A stretch of 63,272 nucleotides of DNA, counting the filler, from Folioceros fuciformis (Eukaryota), in the NCBI GenBank assembly GCA_049999805.1. It is 12 parts of 12 records of this genome, joined end to end, with 100 filler letters (N's around TTAATTAATTAA, not from the genome) between each part and the next. Parts side by side here need not be neighbours in the genome. Positions count along the whole stretch, not along the records: positions 52,657 to 54,044 come from JBNGIO010005275.1; positions 54,145 to 58,004 come from JBNGIO010005276.1; positions 58,105 to 63,272 come from JBNGIO010005277.1; 9 more parts are not named here. One strand, given 5' to 3'. The position numbers and the translations under genes were made by a program. The notes below the pieces were generated by a model. It was not told the DNA's origin, searched no databases, and saw nothing but the letters and a program-made list of their open reading frames with translations. Below, in pieces: positions 52,557 to 63,272 of this stretch; the stretch's first letter is position 1; the number at the start of each line of letters is the position of its first letter.

Positions 52557-52656
52557 NNNNNNNNNNNNNNNNNNNNNNNNNNNNNNNNNNNNNNNNNNNN
52601 TTAATTAATTAANNNNNNNNNNNNNNNNNNNNNNNNNNNNNNNNNNNNNNNNNNNN

Positions 52657-54044
52657 CAAAGAACTTTATTGGATTTGAGGCCCAAGACTTGGTGAATATT
52701 ATGTTGGAGTTGGAGTTATGTTATGAAGCANNNNNNNNNNNNNNNNNNNNNNNNNNNNNNNNNNNNNNNNNNNNNNNNNNNNNNNNNNNNNNNNNNNNNN
52801 NNNNNNNNNNNNNNNNNNNNNNNNNNNNNNATCGATCAAAGGCCAGATTTGAACATGGACAGATCTCTAAAATGGCTCACTGAAAAAACGAGCAAGGATC
52901 CGCCATATAACTTTTTAGGACGGAGATTACTATGTGAAGATAATCGTACCTTTTTAACTGAAGGTTTTTTCCCAAGGTTTCAGGTATGTATCCAAACTTT
53001 GTTTCACCAATCTGGGTTTGAGATGAGATAAATAACATCATGAGACTTTGTTTCACCAATTTGGGTTTGAGATGAGATAAATAACATCATGAGAAAAAGC
53101 ACATTATCCACTAACTCTTTTCACTCTTCAAATTGAAGGTGGTGTTGCGTAATAATCTTTTCTCCAAAACGCATTTGGGAATGAAAAGTGATGACTACAA
53201 ATTTGGGTACAACCTTATTTCAGTAGACTATAATGGGATGGATGTTCTTATAGAATACAGCGGAGGAGACACAACCATCTACTATGTTGACATCTTGATG
53301 AGGTCAAGACAGCCTCCTAGGATTGCTCATACATTTATGAGAGAGCATATTTTGCAAGACTTGAGAGAGTTTTGTGCTTCATCAAGAGGTTGTCCTGGGG
53401 TCTCTCTAGGAGAAGGATTCATCAATCCATACTGTGTAGAGCATTTGATCCCTTGCAAGTTGAGGCAAAACCAAGCCAAACATGAGTCAGAATTGACAAA
53501 GTTTCTTCTGGACGAAGAACAAGGTTGGGAGTGCAGCCAAGGGTATTTTGGTTATCGTGATCCTATATTGGATTTCAGACATAGTTGGCCTACTATAGGG
53601 GTGGATAATGGCATCAAGGTCTCCCATAAACTGGAGGAGTTTGTGGATACAGATTACTTGGATGACATAGTGCAAAGGAATAAAGAGTTTCATCAACGGC
53701 AGAAAGATTGCATTGAGAAAGCCTTAACAGAGCTTGGACTGAACACAAGTTCAGAACCTTCGGCCAACCCCATTCCTGCCCCTGCACGGTGTCGATCTGA
53801 TCTCTCCCTGGACAAAAGGAGCACTGAAACGTATGCGTTCCGCAAGCAGGTGATCGAGAAACTGGAGAAGCTGGAACGTAATGATAAGGAGATCCTTGAT
53901 GCGATTAGGTCACTGGAAGCAGAGGTTGTGAGATCCAAACAGGAGACACTACGGACTTTGAACAGTAAGATGGATGATATTCTAGGGTACCATGGTTCCA
54001 CCACGCCCCGTCGCCCGTTTTTGTCTGTTGATGGTGTTTCCTTG
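52657..54044 (+). CDS. TORNADO1-like (LRR-ROC-COR) protein, internal partial
   Basis: MLELELCYE, GRRLLCED..FLTEGFFPRFQ|V, YVDILMRS, LREFCASSRGCPGVSL, CVEHLIPC, HSWP, then a coiled-coil-like segment. GT-AG intron at 52984-53138 contains a roughly 48-bp tandem duplication. Confidence 0.8.
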
Positions 54045-54144
54045 NNNNNNNNNNNNNNNNNNNNNNNNNNNNNNNNNNNNNNNNNNNNTTAATTAATTAA
54101 NNNNNNNNNNNNNNNNNNNNNNNNNNNNNNNNNNNNNNNNNNNN

Positions 54145-54470
54145 GCCTCAGTCAACCACCCAGCAATCTCTCTCTGACCTAAGCCGGCCCTAATTCTGAC
54201 CTAAACCTAACTCTGACCTAACCCTAACTTTGACCCAAACCTAGTTTTGACCTGAAAGGGGTTGTGTCCCATGGACACCACTAGGTGCCCTTACCAAAAT
54301 TGACCAACCTCTCAAGACTACCAAAATGGTCAGTGCCTCTAAACACTCTCCCTCCTCTTTCAAATCATTCCATCCCTTCTCTCAGATCATTCCAGCAACC
54401 CTTCAAAGACACATCTCACCTCCCCATTAATCTAGCTACTAATCTTTCCTAATCTTTTAACTATTTCACC
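54145..54470. repeat. Repeat; inverted copy at about 56902-57228
   Basis: 54145-54390 is the reverse complement of about 56982-57228 (identical by eye). The next roughly 80 bp are similar but diverged. Confidence 0.9.
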
Positions 54471-54570
54471 NNNNNNNNNNNNNNNNNNNNNNNNNNNNNN
54501 NNNNNNNNNNNNNNNNNNNNNNNNNNNNNNNNNNNNNNNNNNNNNNNNNNNNNNNNNNNNNNNNNNNNNN

Positions 54571-55387
54571 CACTTATCTACGTGCCCACAGATGCAAATT
54601 ATGCAGACCTGCTTACAAAACCATTAAGCCGAGAACGGCATGAGTCTCATGTCCAGAGCCTAGGGATGATAGACAGCACACCGCTCCTGGCACATGCTCT
54701 GAAGCCAAGTTAGGTCAGTCTGTGTCATACTCTGATTCTGACCAATTCATGTAGGTGCTAGGTCTAGAGTCGGGTTTCCACAGAGAGCATTCACACCCAG
54801 AGTCGCTGTCAGAAGTCATGTAGGTGCATTCCCGCAAGTACCCTGCCATCTGGAAGACCTGCAATTCCATAACTGCAAATTACAAGCACTTTGTATCAAG
54901 CCACAGAAGCGGATCTTGCTAACATTCCAGACAATGGAGAAAGGAGAACCACTCACAGTAACGTGAACGAGCTCACCTTCAGCATCAGCTTAGAAGTGTC
55001 CCAGTCTCGATACTGGTCTGGAGGGCCAACGGCAGTCGGCTTCCGGCCACCACAGAAAACACGAGAGCAACATCGCGAGAAAGCCGTCGTAGGCAGTAAT
55101 CAAAGTCGGCACGAAATTAGGTTAGAAAACATGCGTCTAAGAGGGAGTGTCAAGGGCCTAAGTGTTTGGGCCTTAGGCATTAAGTAGCCGCATATCATAA
55201 CCTAAATCTAATCGCCACCAGGACCAGCCGCTGCTGGGTATGACGGTTGAGTCAAGGGACACGTCCCTAGACCTGGACGTGTCCGCTGACCCTTATGTAT
55301 CACGCTGCTCGCGTGAGCTAATCTAATCTTGTCTTTCTGCTAGCATGCATATGATCTCTAGTTTTTTGCCTATCTCCTATGTTGCCA
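54571..55387 (+). mobile_element. Ty1/Copia 3' end (RNase H C-terminus, 3' region, PPT, 3' LTR)
   Basis: YVPTDANYADLLTKPLSRERH...LGM, stop at 54711-54713. PPT AAGAGGGAG ends at 55147; LTR starts TGTCAA at 55148; right end approximate. Confidence 0.8.
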
Positions 55388-56823
55388 TAATGCGATACCT
55401 TCATCTTATGTACCCATTTGCATGGCAATGCCTTCTTGCCCCTAGGCAAGCGAACCAACTTCTAAGTTTGGTTCTTATGAAGCGAATCCATCTGCGACTG
55501 CATCACCTTTTCCCACTTGTCCTTGTCAGTCACTAACATGGACTCTTGATAACAAGAGGGCTCCCCACAATCCGTCAGCATGACATAATCAGGAGGACGT
55601 GAGATCCTTCTTGACCTACGAAGCACTAGCGCCTCGCCCGGAGCTGGTTGCACTCTCTCCTCTTCTACAAGTGGAGAAACTTGTTCTTGCACATCACAAC
55701 ATTCAACTTGCGCGGGAGAGTCAAATCCATCTTCTTGAAAGACCACCCGTCGCACCTCCACAGTTGGAGTAGGATTCTTGTGCATCTTGGTCTCATTGAA
55801 GAACACTTCATTGCTGCGAACCATCCTCTTGGTCTCTGGATCCTGCAGACGGTATCCCATCTCACCAGATTCACCATAGCCAAGAAAAATACATTTGCTT
55901 GACTTAGGAGCCAACTTGTCCCGAAACTCCTTCGGAACATGGTATTATGCCTCGCAGCCAAACACTCGTAGATGCGTGTAAGACGGCTTCTTCCCATACA
56001 ACATCTCCTCTAGAACCTACTCATCCACAGCCCTACTAGGAGATTTGTTAATAAGATGCACCGCAGTAACTACCGCTTCTGCCCAAAATCCGTTAAGCAA
56101 TCCAGAGTTTGACAACAAATTACGCATCCCTTCCTAGATGGTTCTGTTCATCCATTCAACCACACCATTTTGGGGAGGAGTATACGGCGCAGTCAATTCT
56201 CTCTTGATTCCCTTGGAATCATAGAATGATTGGAAAGCCTTTGAAACATACTCTCCCCCATTATCTATCCTTAGACACTTCAGTTGGAGGCCAAACTGAT
56301 TCTCCACAAGGGTGTCGAATTTCTGAAACACTATCAGAACATCATCCTTTTTCCTCAAAGGATAAACCCACACCTTGCGTGAGAAATCATCTATGAAAGT
56401 GACAAAATAGGATGCACCACCTAACGATATAGTGGGCATAGGTCCACAAACGTCACTGTGAACCAATTCAAGAGGTTTACTTTTGTGTTTACCTCTTGCT
56501 CCATGTGGTGACTTCGTCTATTTCCCATACAAACAATGCTCACACGCGGAGAAATTGGAGAAGGGTTTTAGGACGTAACCAAAACGAGATAGGATCTTCA
56601 TTCCTTTTTGAGACATATGTCCTAACCGACTATGCCACTAGGAAACACTTAGCTGTTCCGTTACACAAATTACATGATCCTGGACAGTGGTTACATGAAG
56701 TGAGTACAAAGAGCCACACTTCGATCCATGAGCTAACACAAGAGAACCTTTGGAGATCTTCCAAGAACTATCTGCAAACCAACAGTGGTAGCCAGCATCA
56801 TCCAACTGCCCTGTGCTAATCAT
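55388..56823 (-). mobile_element. Degenerate Ty1/Copia integrase and RT start
   Basis: ISTGQLD, VHSDVCGP, FIDDFSRK, DNGGEY, KCIFLGY, LPCKWV. Confidence 0.92.
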
Positions 56824-57599
56824 GCTGTGGACTCCACATGCTGAATAGGTCCTTGGAAAATGGTAGGATTTCTCTTTTTGGGAATCTCTAAGTGCACCCT
56901 GTGGTGAAATGGTTAAAAGATTAGGTTAGATTAGTAGCTAGATTAATGGTGAGGCGAGACGCATCTTTGATCGGTTGCTGAAATGATCTGAGAGAAGGGA
57001 TGGAATGATTTGAAAGAGGAGGGAGAGTGTTTAGAGGCACTGACCATTTTGGTAGTCTTGAGAGGTTGGTCAATTTTGGTAAGGGCACCTAGTGGTGTCC
57101 ATGGGACACAACCCCTTTCAGGTCAAAACTAGGTTTGGGTCAAAGTTAGGGTTAGGTCAGAGTTAGGTTTAGGTCAGAATTAGGGCCGGCTTAGGTCAGA
57201 GAGAGATTGCTGGGTGGTTGACTGAGGCTAACCCTAATAGATAGAGATGGAGGTTTGGGCCAAGGTAGTATAAGAGGCTAGACCTGCCATTGAGGAGGGG
57301 GCTGTCTACGGTGCGATTTCCCTGGACCTTGGGTGCAGAACTCCTGGCTTAGCGCGCTGAGCTAGTTGAGACTAAACCAAGGTCTTGATTTCCCTTGCCA
57401 CTAGGGGAACGTGGAGGATCCCAAGACTGCCAAGATTCGTGTGGCCGGATCCGCAATGGCTGACCACCTTGCATGCTGGCTGAGGTGAGGTTGCAAGGCC
57501 GTGAGCCAAGGAGGCTACCCAGCCCTAGGCCTCGCCTCTGCCTTGAAGGGAAGGCTGCAAGAGGGAAGGCTGTTGTGTTCCAAATTGCAGGAGAGAAGG

Positions 57600-57800
57600 G
57601 TTGAGTTGCAGATTTTGGAAGTGGAAGTGTTGAAGTGAGGAGTTGAGCTGAAGTGAGGGGCTGGAGGGTAAAGTGAAGTGCTAAAGTGAAGAACTAAAGT
57701 GCTGAAGTGAAGGACTAAATGCTGGGGTGAAGTGCTGAAGTGGTGGAATGAAGTGTTGAAGCTGGAGTGAGGAGCTAGCTGAAGTTGAGGTTCTCGTTTA
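57600..57800. repeat. Degenerate short tandem repeat (GCTGAAGTG-like)
   Basis: Many imperfect TGAAGTG / CTGAAGTGA units. Confidence 0.6.
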
Positions 57801-59269
57801 GCTGCGGAGGTAGCTAGCACTAGGTGCTGAGAGTTGGAGGCCAGACTTGGGGCTGGAGCCTCCTCTCAGCACTGAAGTGATTGATACTTGGAGCTAGAAA
57901 TGAAGGCTGAAGACAATGCTGGAGTTCTCATTTTGTTAAGGCTGGGGTTGGTGTTGTGGTAGGAGCCGAAGACAGGACCGAGACTTCTGACCTATTGCTG
58001 TAGCNNNNNNNNNNNNNNNNNNNNNNNNNNNNNNNNNNNNNNNNNNNNTTAATTAATTAANNNNNNNNNNNNNNNNNNNNNNNNNNNNNNNNNNNNNNNN
58101 NNNNGTTCCGGCTGCTGATCCCACTCCTTCCCACCTCTTCTCTATCTTTCCCATTGCGCATGCTCCTCCCCTAGAGGCTGGCTCAGCCACCAAGGGTGAA
58201 CAGTTGCAGGGGAAGACTAGCGGGCGACCATCCAGCAAGGAAGAGGCGGCGTCCGCAGATCTTTGAAGATCAGACATCCTCCGAAGTCTGTGGATAGTCT
58301 AAGAGGTGGTAGATCCTTGTGGTGGTAGGGCCAGAAGCTCATTGGTGGCAGGTTGTGCTAGAAGTCTAAATAAGTGGCTGGTNNNNNNNNNNNNNNNNNN
58401 NNNNNNNNNNNNNNNNNNNNNNNNNNNNNNNNNNNNNNNNNNNNNNNNNNNNNNNNNNNNNNNNNNNNNNNNNNNNNNNNNNGGAGTCATTCACTTTTGG
58501 GAGTCAGTCTATCTCTTTGTGAGCTCTTGTGGTCTGTCCCTGCTTGGTTTAGGACCTGCAGTGTGTTGCCGGCTGTGCACCGTCAGGTAGGATCGCGGGC
58601 AGCGTGTCGCCGGTTGTATAGTGTCTGGTAGGATCACAAGGTGTAATGACCAGGGTGTGGGGGCTTGCCCCTAGCTCTTGATTGTAAAGGGTGTGTCTTT
58701 CTCTCAACCTGTCCACTCTTGTTCCTTGCTTGGTCAAGTGCTGTAGGCCGGCCATGTCTCATGGCGTCTGGTAAGGTTGTGGGGAGGAGATACCCAAGAG
58801 GGGAGTGTGTTCCCTTCTTCCTTTTGTTTGGGGTTAGTCTAGTGACTCTTGCCGGGTAGGAGGAGTCCGTAGGGAAGTGTAGAAGGTAGTGGTGTCGTTG
58901 CTGGTTGCTGGTAGTTGTTGGTGTTGGTGCTGGAGTAAGAGAGTGAGTGAAGTGAGTGAGGGAAGTCGCAGATCTGAGAGGTTAGGGTCGTGGTAGTGAC
59001 AAGAGTGAGTTTGTGGGCACCGAGAGAGGTGCAGCTGACCGCCGGACAGCGAGGCCTGTCCTACGCCTGATCAGAGCTGGAGGGGAGCCCTCGAATCCAT
59101 CATCGAGTTGATCAAGTCCGACCCTCCATCCACAGCAGCAAGGAACCCCATCGCTCCTTCGTGGGAACGAAACCCAATGTCTCAACGACAGTGGGATAAG
59201 TGTGGCCACTAAAGGTGGAATCCGTCGGCAATCAGTGCCCGGGGTTTTGCCTCCACAAGGAGTTTGTCA

Positions 59270-60751
59270 GCTTACTATTTTATCCTCTCTCATGAAGCCG
59301 TTAGTTGGAGCTATAAGAAACAGGCTTCCTTGGCACTTTCTTCCACAGAGGCGGAGTACAAGCTATTGACTGATGCTTGAAAAGAAGCTGAGTGGCAGCG
59401 TCAGTTCTTGGAATATGTTAAACAAGCCCAACTAGGACCAACAAAGTTAATGCGCAACAATATGAGTGCCATTGCACTTGTCTCTAACCCTAGATTCCAT
59501 GCCCGCACAAAACACATCAAGCTGTATCACCACTATATCAGGGATGTGGCTGAGAGAGGTGCAATCAAAGTGAAGTATGTGAGCACACATGATAACACTA
59601 CAGACATTTTTACAAAAGGGCTGACCAAGAGCAAACACTTTCAGCATCTGGCAGCCTTGGGTCTGAGTGAGTTTGCATATCCACATCAGCCATAGTGGCA
59701 ATTGTTTGTGCAAGGAAAAACACGTGTCACCAGTCTGTCTTGTCCATGTGCCTATTTCCTACACACACATTTAGGTGAAACCTGTGTGTGTTTCTCTATC
59801 GTCAGAAGGTCACTTGCTTAGGGCACAACCTTACTTTCTTCTTGCACAGTACACAGATTGTCATTGTCAGCCCTCAACTGTTTGGTTCAGTGGACGAAGC
59901 CTAAGCTTACCCATTTAGTCGAGAACAAACAGTTGTTAGTCATGAGGGCTATACCTTCCCAAGGAGCCTTCCACACAAAACGCATATCTTGCTCTGATTA
60001 GCGCAAGCACAATAATCACGCTTACCATGAGCTCTATCTCTAGTGGGAGATTTGGGATCTGCAGCTTGGTTCCTCATGGCAACCTTTTCTCTGCTAAAGT
60101 TGTCCAGATGCATATCCACCTCTGCCCTCTTTGTAGTGAGGAGTTCCTCCACTTCCTTCAGTGTCTCAGTCAGCGCTCTTGATTGATCCATTAGTCTGTT
60201 CACTGTGGCTCTTGTCGTAACCTGTGGAGTATTATCAGCTTATCTGTCTCTACAGTAGTGTTGAGCGCAGCCTGAATGGTGGTAATGCTGGGAGCAAATG
60301 AAGACTCTGAGGATATCAAATCAATCACATGGTTCCATGGCAGACGAGCTAGTTGAGCTGGCGTCGACTCTCGCACTGCAATTGGGAGGATTTCTTCCTG
60401 AAGATGAGCTGCCTGGTTTGCTTGTCGTGTTGGATTCCGTCCGCGTCGGGAAGCTCCACCACCATCGCCGCTGATACTTGCGCGCTTCATTTTCAAGACT
60501 TGGAGCTGAGAGCAAAGTCTCTAGTCCCGTCTTTCGAGACTGAGGTGTTAGGCTTCCATTAAATCATGTTAGGTTTAGTGGGAGTGTTGGGGTGTAGAAA
60601 CCCTAACATGATTAAATATGCAGTTTAGGGTTAGGTTAACTAACCAACCGACACCTTACAATTTTGCTACTTAAACTCTTATTTCTTAATTAAATGTTGT
60701 CTTTGTAAAATATGCTTCCGCAAGTTTTTCATTACTTTAGGCCATAGAGAC
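59270..60751 (+). mobile_element. Ty1/Copia 3' end (RNase H, 3' region, PPT, 3' LTR)
   Basis: ALSSTEAEY, FHARTKHIKLYHHYIR, DIFTKGL, stop at 59695. PPT TTTAGTGGGAG ends at 60584; LTR starts TGTTGG at 60585; right end approximate. Confidence 0.85.
59949..60559 (-). pseudogene. Degenerate antisense ORF (about 200 aa) in the Copia 3' region; coiled-coil-like segment plus Cys-rich tail
   Basis: ATG at 60559 is in frame with ORF 60200-60496 through two stops. One frameshift joins ORF 59949-60203 (RALTETLKEVEELLTTKRAEVD...YCACANQSKICVLCG). Confidence 0.5.
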
Positions 60752-62640
60752 ATACCATATCTTCTTTGCCTATGACCTCATAATCCTCCGGTTGTTTCAT
60801 GTATATTTCTTCTTGAATGTGTCCATGCAAATAAGCAGTTTGACGTCCATTATGTGAAGATGTAAATCATGTTGAGCGGTCAAGGCAATTATCATTCTTA
60901 AGGAGGCAAATTTTGCTACTAGAGCATAAGGATCCAAGGGTATGTAATCTAAACCAGGTATTTGGGTGAAGCCTCTGGCTACTAATATTGCCTTATGCCT
61001 CTCAATGGAACCATCACCCTTGAGTTTGATCTTGAATACCCATTTGCTCCCAAACTATTTCTCTCCCTTTGAGTGCTTTGACTAATTCCCATGTGCAGTT
61101 CTTAATTAGGGAGTCATACTCAAAGTCCATTACAACTTTCCATAAATCTTTTTGAGGGGAGAAAAGCACTTGTTTTAAGGTTAGTGACTCTTCATGATCA
61201 ACTATAGCTTTGTAAATAGCTTGATCTAAAATGGGAGAAAGGTGAGGAGGGATCATCAAAAGTAGTAAGGTATCCCAAGGGTGGTTCCTTTCATCCTGTT
61301 GGCCCAGAGATAGCATTTCTGGTTCTTAGATTGTACCTTGGTGCAAGTTATACATCTTCAGAGAAGACTTGTTCTAAAGTGTTCTCATATGCTTCATAAG
61401 TGAGTTCGCTGATAGGAGGAACTAGCTCATCCTCATAGAGATATTCTAGGTCAAAAAGTCATTGTCTGGGATATCAAGAATATCTTCAAGGTGTTGAGGA
61501 ATTTTCAAATCAAGATATGGAGTAGTGGGTCGTCTTGGAGAACGTGGCTCCTCCTCCTCCTGTAGTATAGGTGCAACCAAGAGAGAGGAAGGGTAATGTA
61601 GGGTAATAAATTTAGCATCATCAAAGGATGAGGGAAGATGATTGTCATCAGGAACGAAGATGGGAGAATCCACTAAAGGAGAAAGTATTTGAGACTCGTG
61701 AAATGTAACGCTCCGAGCGTATCTTAGTCTCTTGGTAACGAGATCAAATAATTTATATCCTTTGATGCCTTCAGTGTAGCCAATAAAAGTATACTTTGTA
61801 GCCTTATCATCTAGTTTCTTACGCTGTGCTTTAGGAATAAAAACATAAGCGGTACAACCAAAAATCTGAAGATGATTTATGGAAGGCTTTCTGCTGGTGA
61901 ATGCTTTTAACCACAGAGGTTGGTAGTCTATTGATAAGATACGTTGCTGTAAGCATTGCTTCTGCCCAGTTTGGTTTGGTTAATTTGGCTTGGAAGAGCA
62001 AGGAACTGGTGTTCTCTTGAAGTTGTAAGTTCTTGTTTTCTGCTACGCCATTTTGTTGAGGTGTATATACAACTGTGAGTTGTTGAGCTATACCTCAAGC
62101 TCCACAAAAATCAGTACAAGCATTTCAAATAAACTCACCGACATTGTTGGAACGAAGGGTCTTGAGTTCCTTGTTTGGAAGTCTCTCAGTCCACATCATG
62201 TAATCCTTGGAGTACTAAAAATCTTCACTTTTGTGCTTAAGGATGTATGTTGAGGTAAAATGGGAGAAATTATCAATAATTGTAAGGAAGTATCTACAAC
62301 CAGTAAAGGATGGTGCAAAAATTGGGCCACAAATGTCTAAGTGAACTAACTCAAGGGGTGCTTAAGTCCGCTGTGGAGAATTATTTTAAAAGGGAGCTTT
62401 TAAAAAGGTGTCTTTTGGTTACGACACAAGCTTCACACCAGGATAGAGGTTCTATCGCAGAAAGGGAAGGACTTCTATAGAGATTTTCCTTAGATATTTG
62501 AATGAGTTTTTGGTTGTTAGGGTGATCTAAACGACAGTGCCAAAGTATGGAGTAGGAGGATGTTACAGAATTTTGAGAAGCTACATCTATCATATCATAT
62601 AAGGGACCCACTTGGACAAGCAGTTTGTATAACCCGTCCT
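60752..62640 (-). mobile_element. Degenerate Ty1/Copia integrase and RT, interrupted in RT
   Basis: LWHCRLDH, LVHLDICGP, FIGYTEGIKGY, EYDSLIKNCTWELV, EEIYMKQPE. Confidence 0.9.
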
Positions 62641-62641
62641 C

Positions 62642-62926
62642 TGAGATGCCTGAGTAAATGGTATGTGACTTAATGATATATAGTGCTGATATATGATTAA
62701 AGGGTTTATGCTTGATTTAAGATACGTTGAGTTATGGTTAAATAGTTTATGGTGTCGTTTCTTTAGAGTTACGACTCCAAGTGAAGAGCTACAACGTTTC
62801 ACATTTTTAGTTTAATTTGTGCTATATTTTATAGACACTTATTTCTTCTTTTCTAAGAGAACTAATTATGTAAATTTTTTAATGAAATTAATTGCATTTA
62901 CTTATATTTCATCATGGTATCAGAGC
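62642..62926 (+). mobile_element. Probable 5' LTR and tRNA-iMet PBS
   Basis: ...TTTCATCA at 62914 directly followed by TGGTATCAGAGC at 62915-62926. Left boundary is uncertain. Confidence 0.65.
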
Positions 62927-63272
62927 CATGCTTGTTGTTGCTTGTATTCAGATGAATGCATAATAAAATTGTGCATTAGAAAATATGCACAGTTCTATGT
63001 TTGTTTTGTTTTCTTGTTTCTGAAATAAATTTGAATTTCAAGAAACGTAATCTTTAAAAGAATGTTTTTCATTCTTGTTTTAGATTGATGAATTCATACA
63101 GAGTTTCTGCATAATCAGGTAGATAATCTAGTGCACTTCTATGTGAATTGATATCAAGATCAATTGAATGGAGGCCCACTAGAGTAGCTGCCTGGCTGGC
63201 AGAATTATATATTAAAAATTAAATAAGAAAACAGACAATGCAGAGTTTCTGCATTTCATCATTTAGAAAATT

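Noticed and set aside
50963-54044. Methyltransferase plus TORNADO1-like gene as a linked defence system, or the methyltransferase as part of the upstream Copia
   Set aside because: They lie on separate contigs joined by artificial linkers, so there is no evidence of physical linkage.

Overview
Eukaryotic land-plant genomic DNA, most likely from a non-seed plant (inferred from gene and transposon content). The window is not one continuous locus. It is 12 segments joined by an artificial 100-bp linker (44 N + TTAATTAATTAA + 44 N), and it also has ordinary 100-N gaps. Segment 1 (1-11318) carries two convergent spliced host genes, a SIS3-like RING-H2 E3 ligase and VPS50/syndetin, followed by a decayed CRE-clade non-LTR retrotransposon. 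The rest is mostly nested, decayed Ty1/Copia elements plus one Ty3/Gypsy element, a TORNADO1-like gene fragment, a decayed C5 DNA methyltransferase of the retrotransposon-borne type, and a ParB-like fragment. Highlights: (1) four or five different Copia elements carry an antisense ORF between the pol stop and the polypurine tract (PPT), starting next to the 3' LTR, two of them with an antisense GT-AG intron; (2) the C5 methyltransferase has a GWECQG catalytic motif; (3) a complete non-autonomous LTR element has non-canonical AG...CT termini, a 5-bp target-site duplication (TSD) and paired 26-bp palindromes. Family assignments come from recognising motifs by eye; no database search was run.
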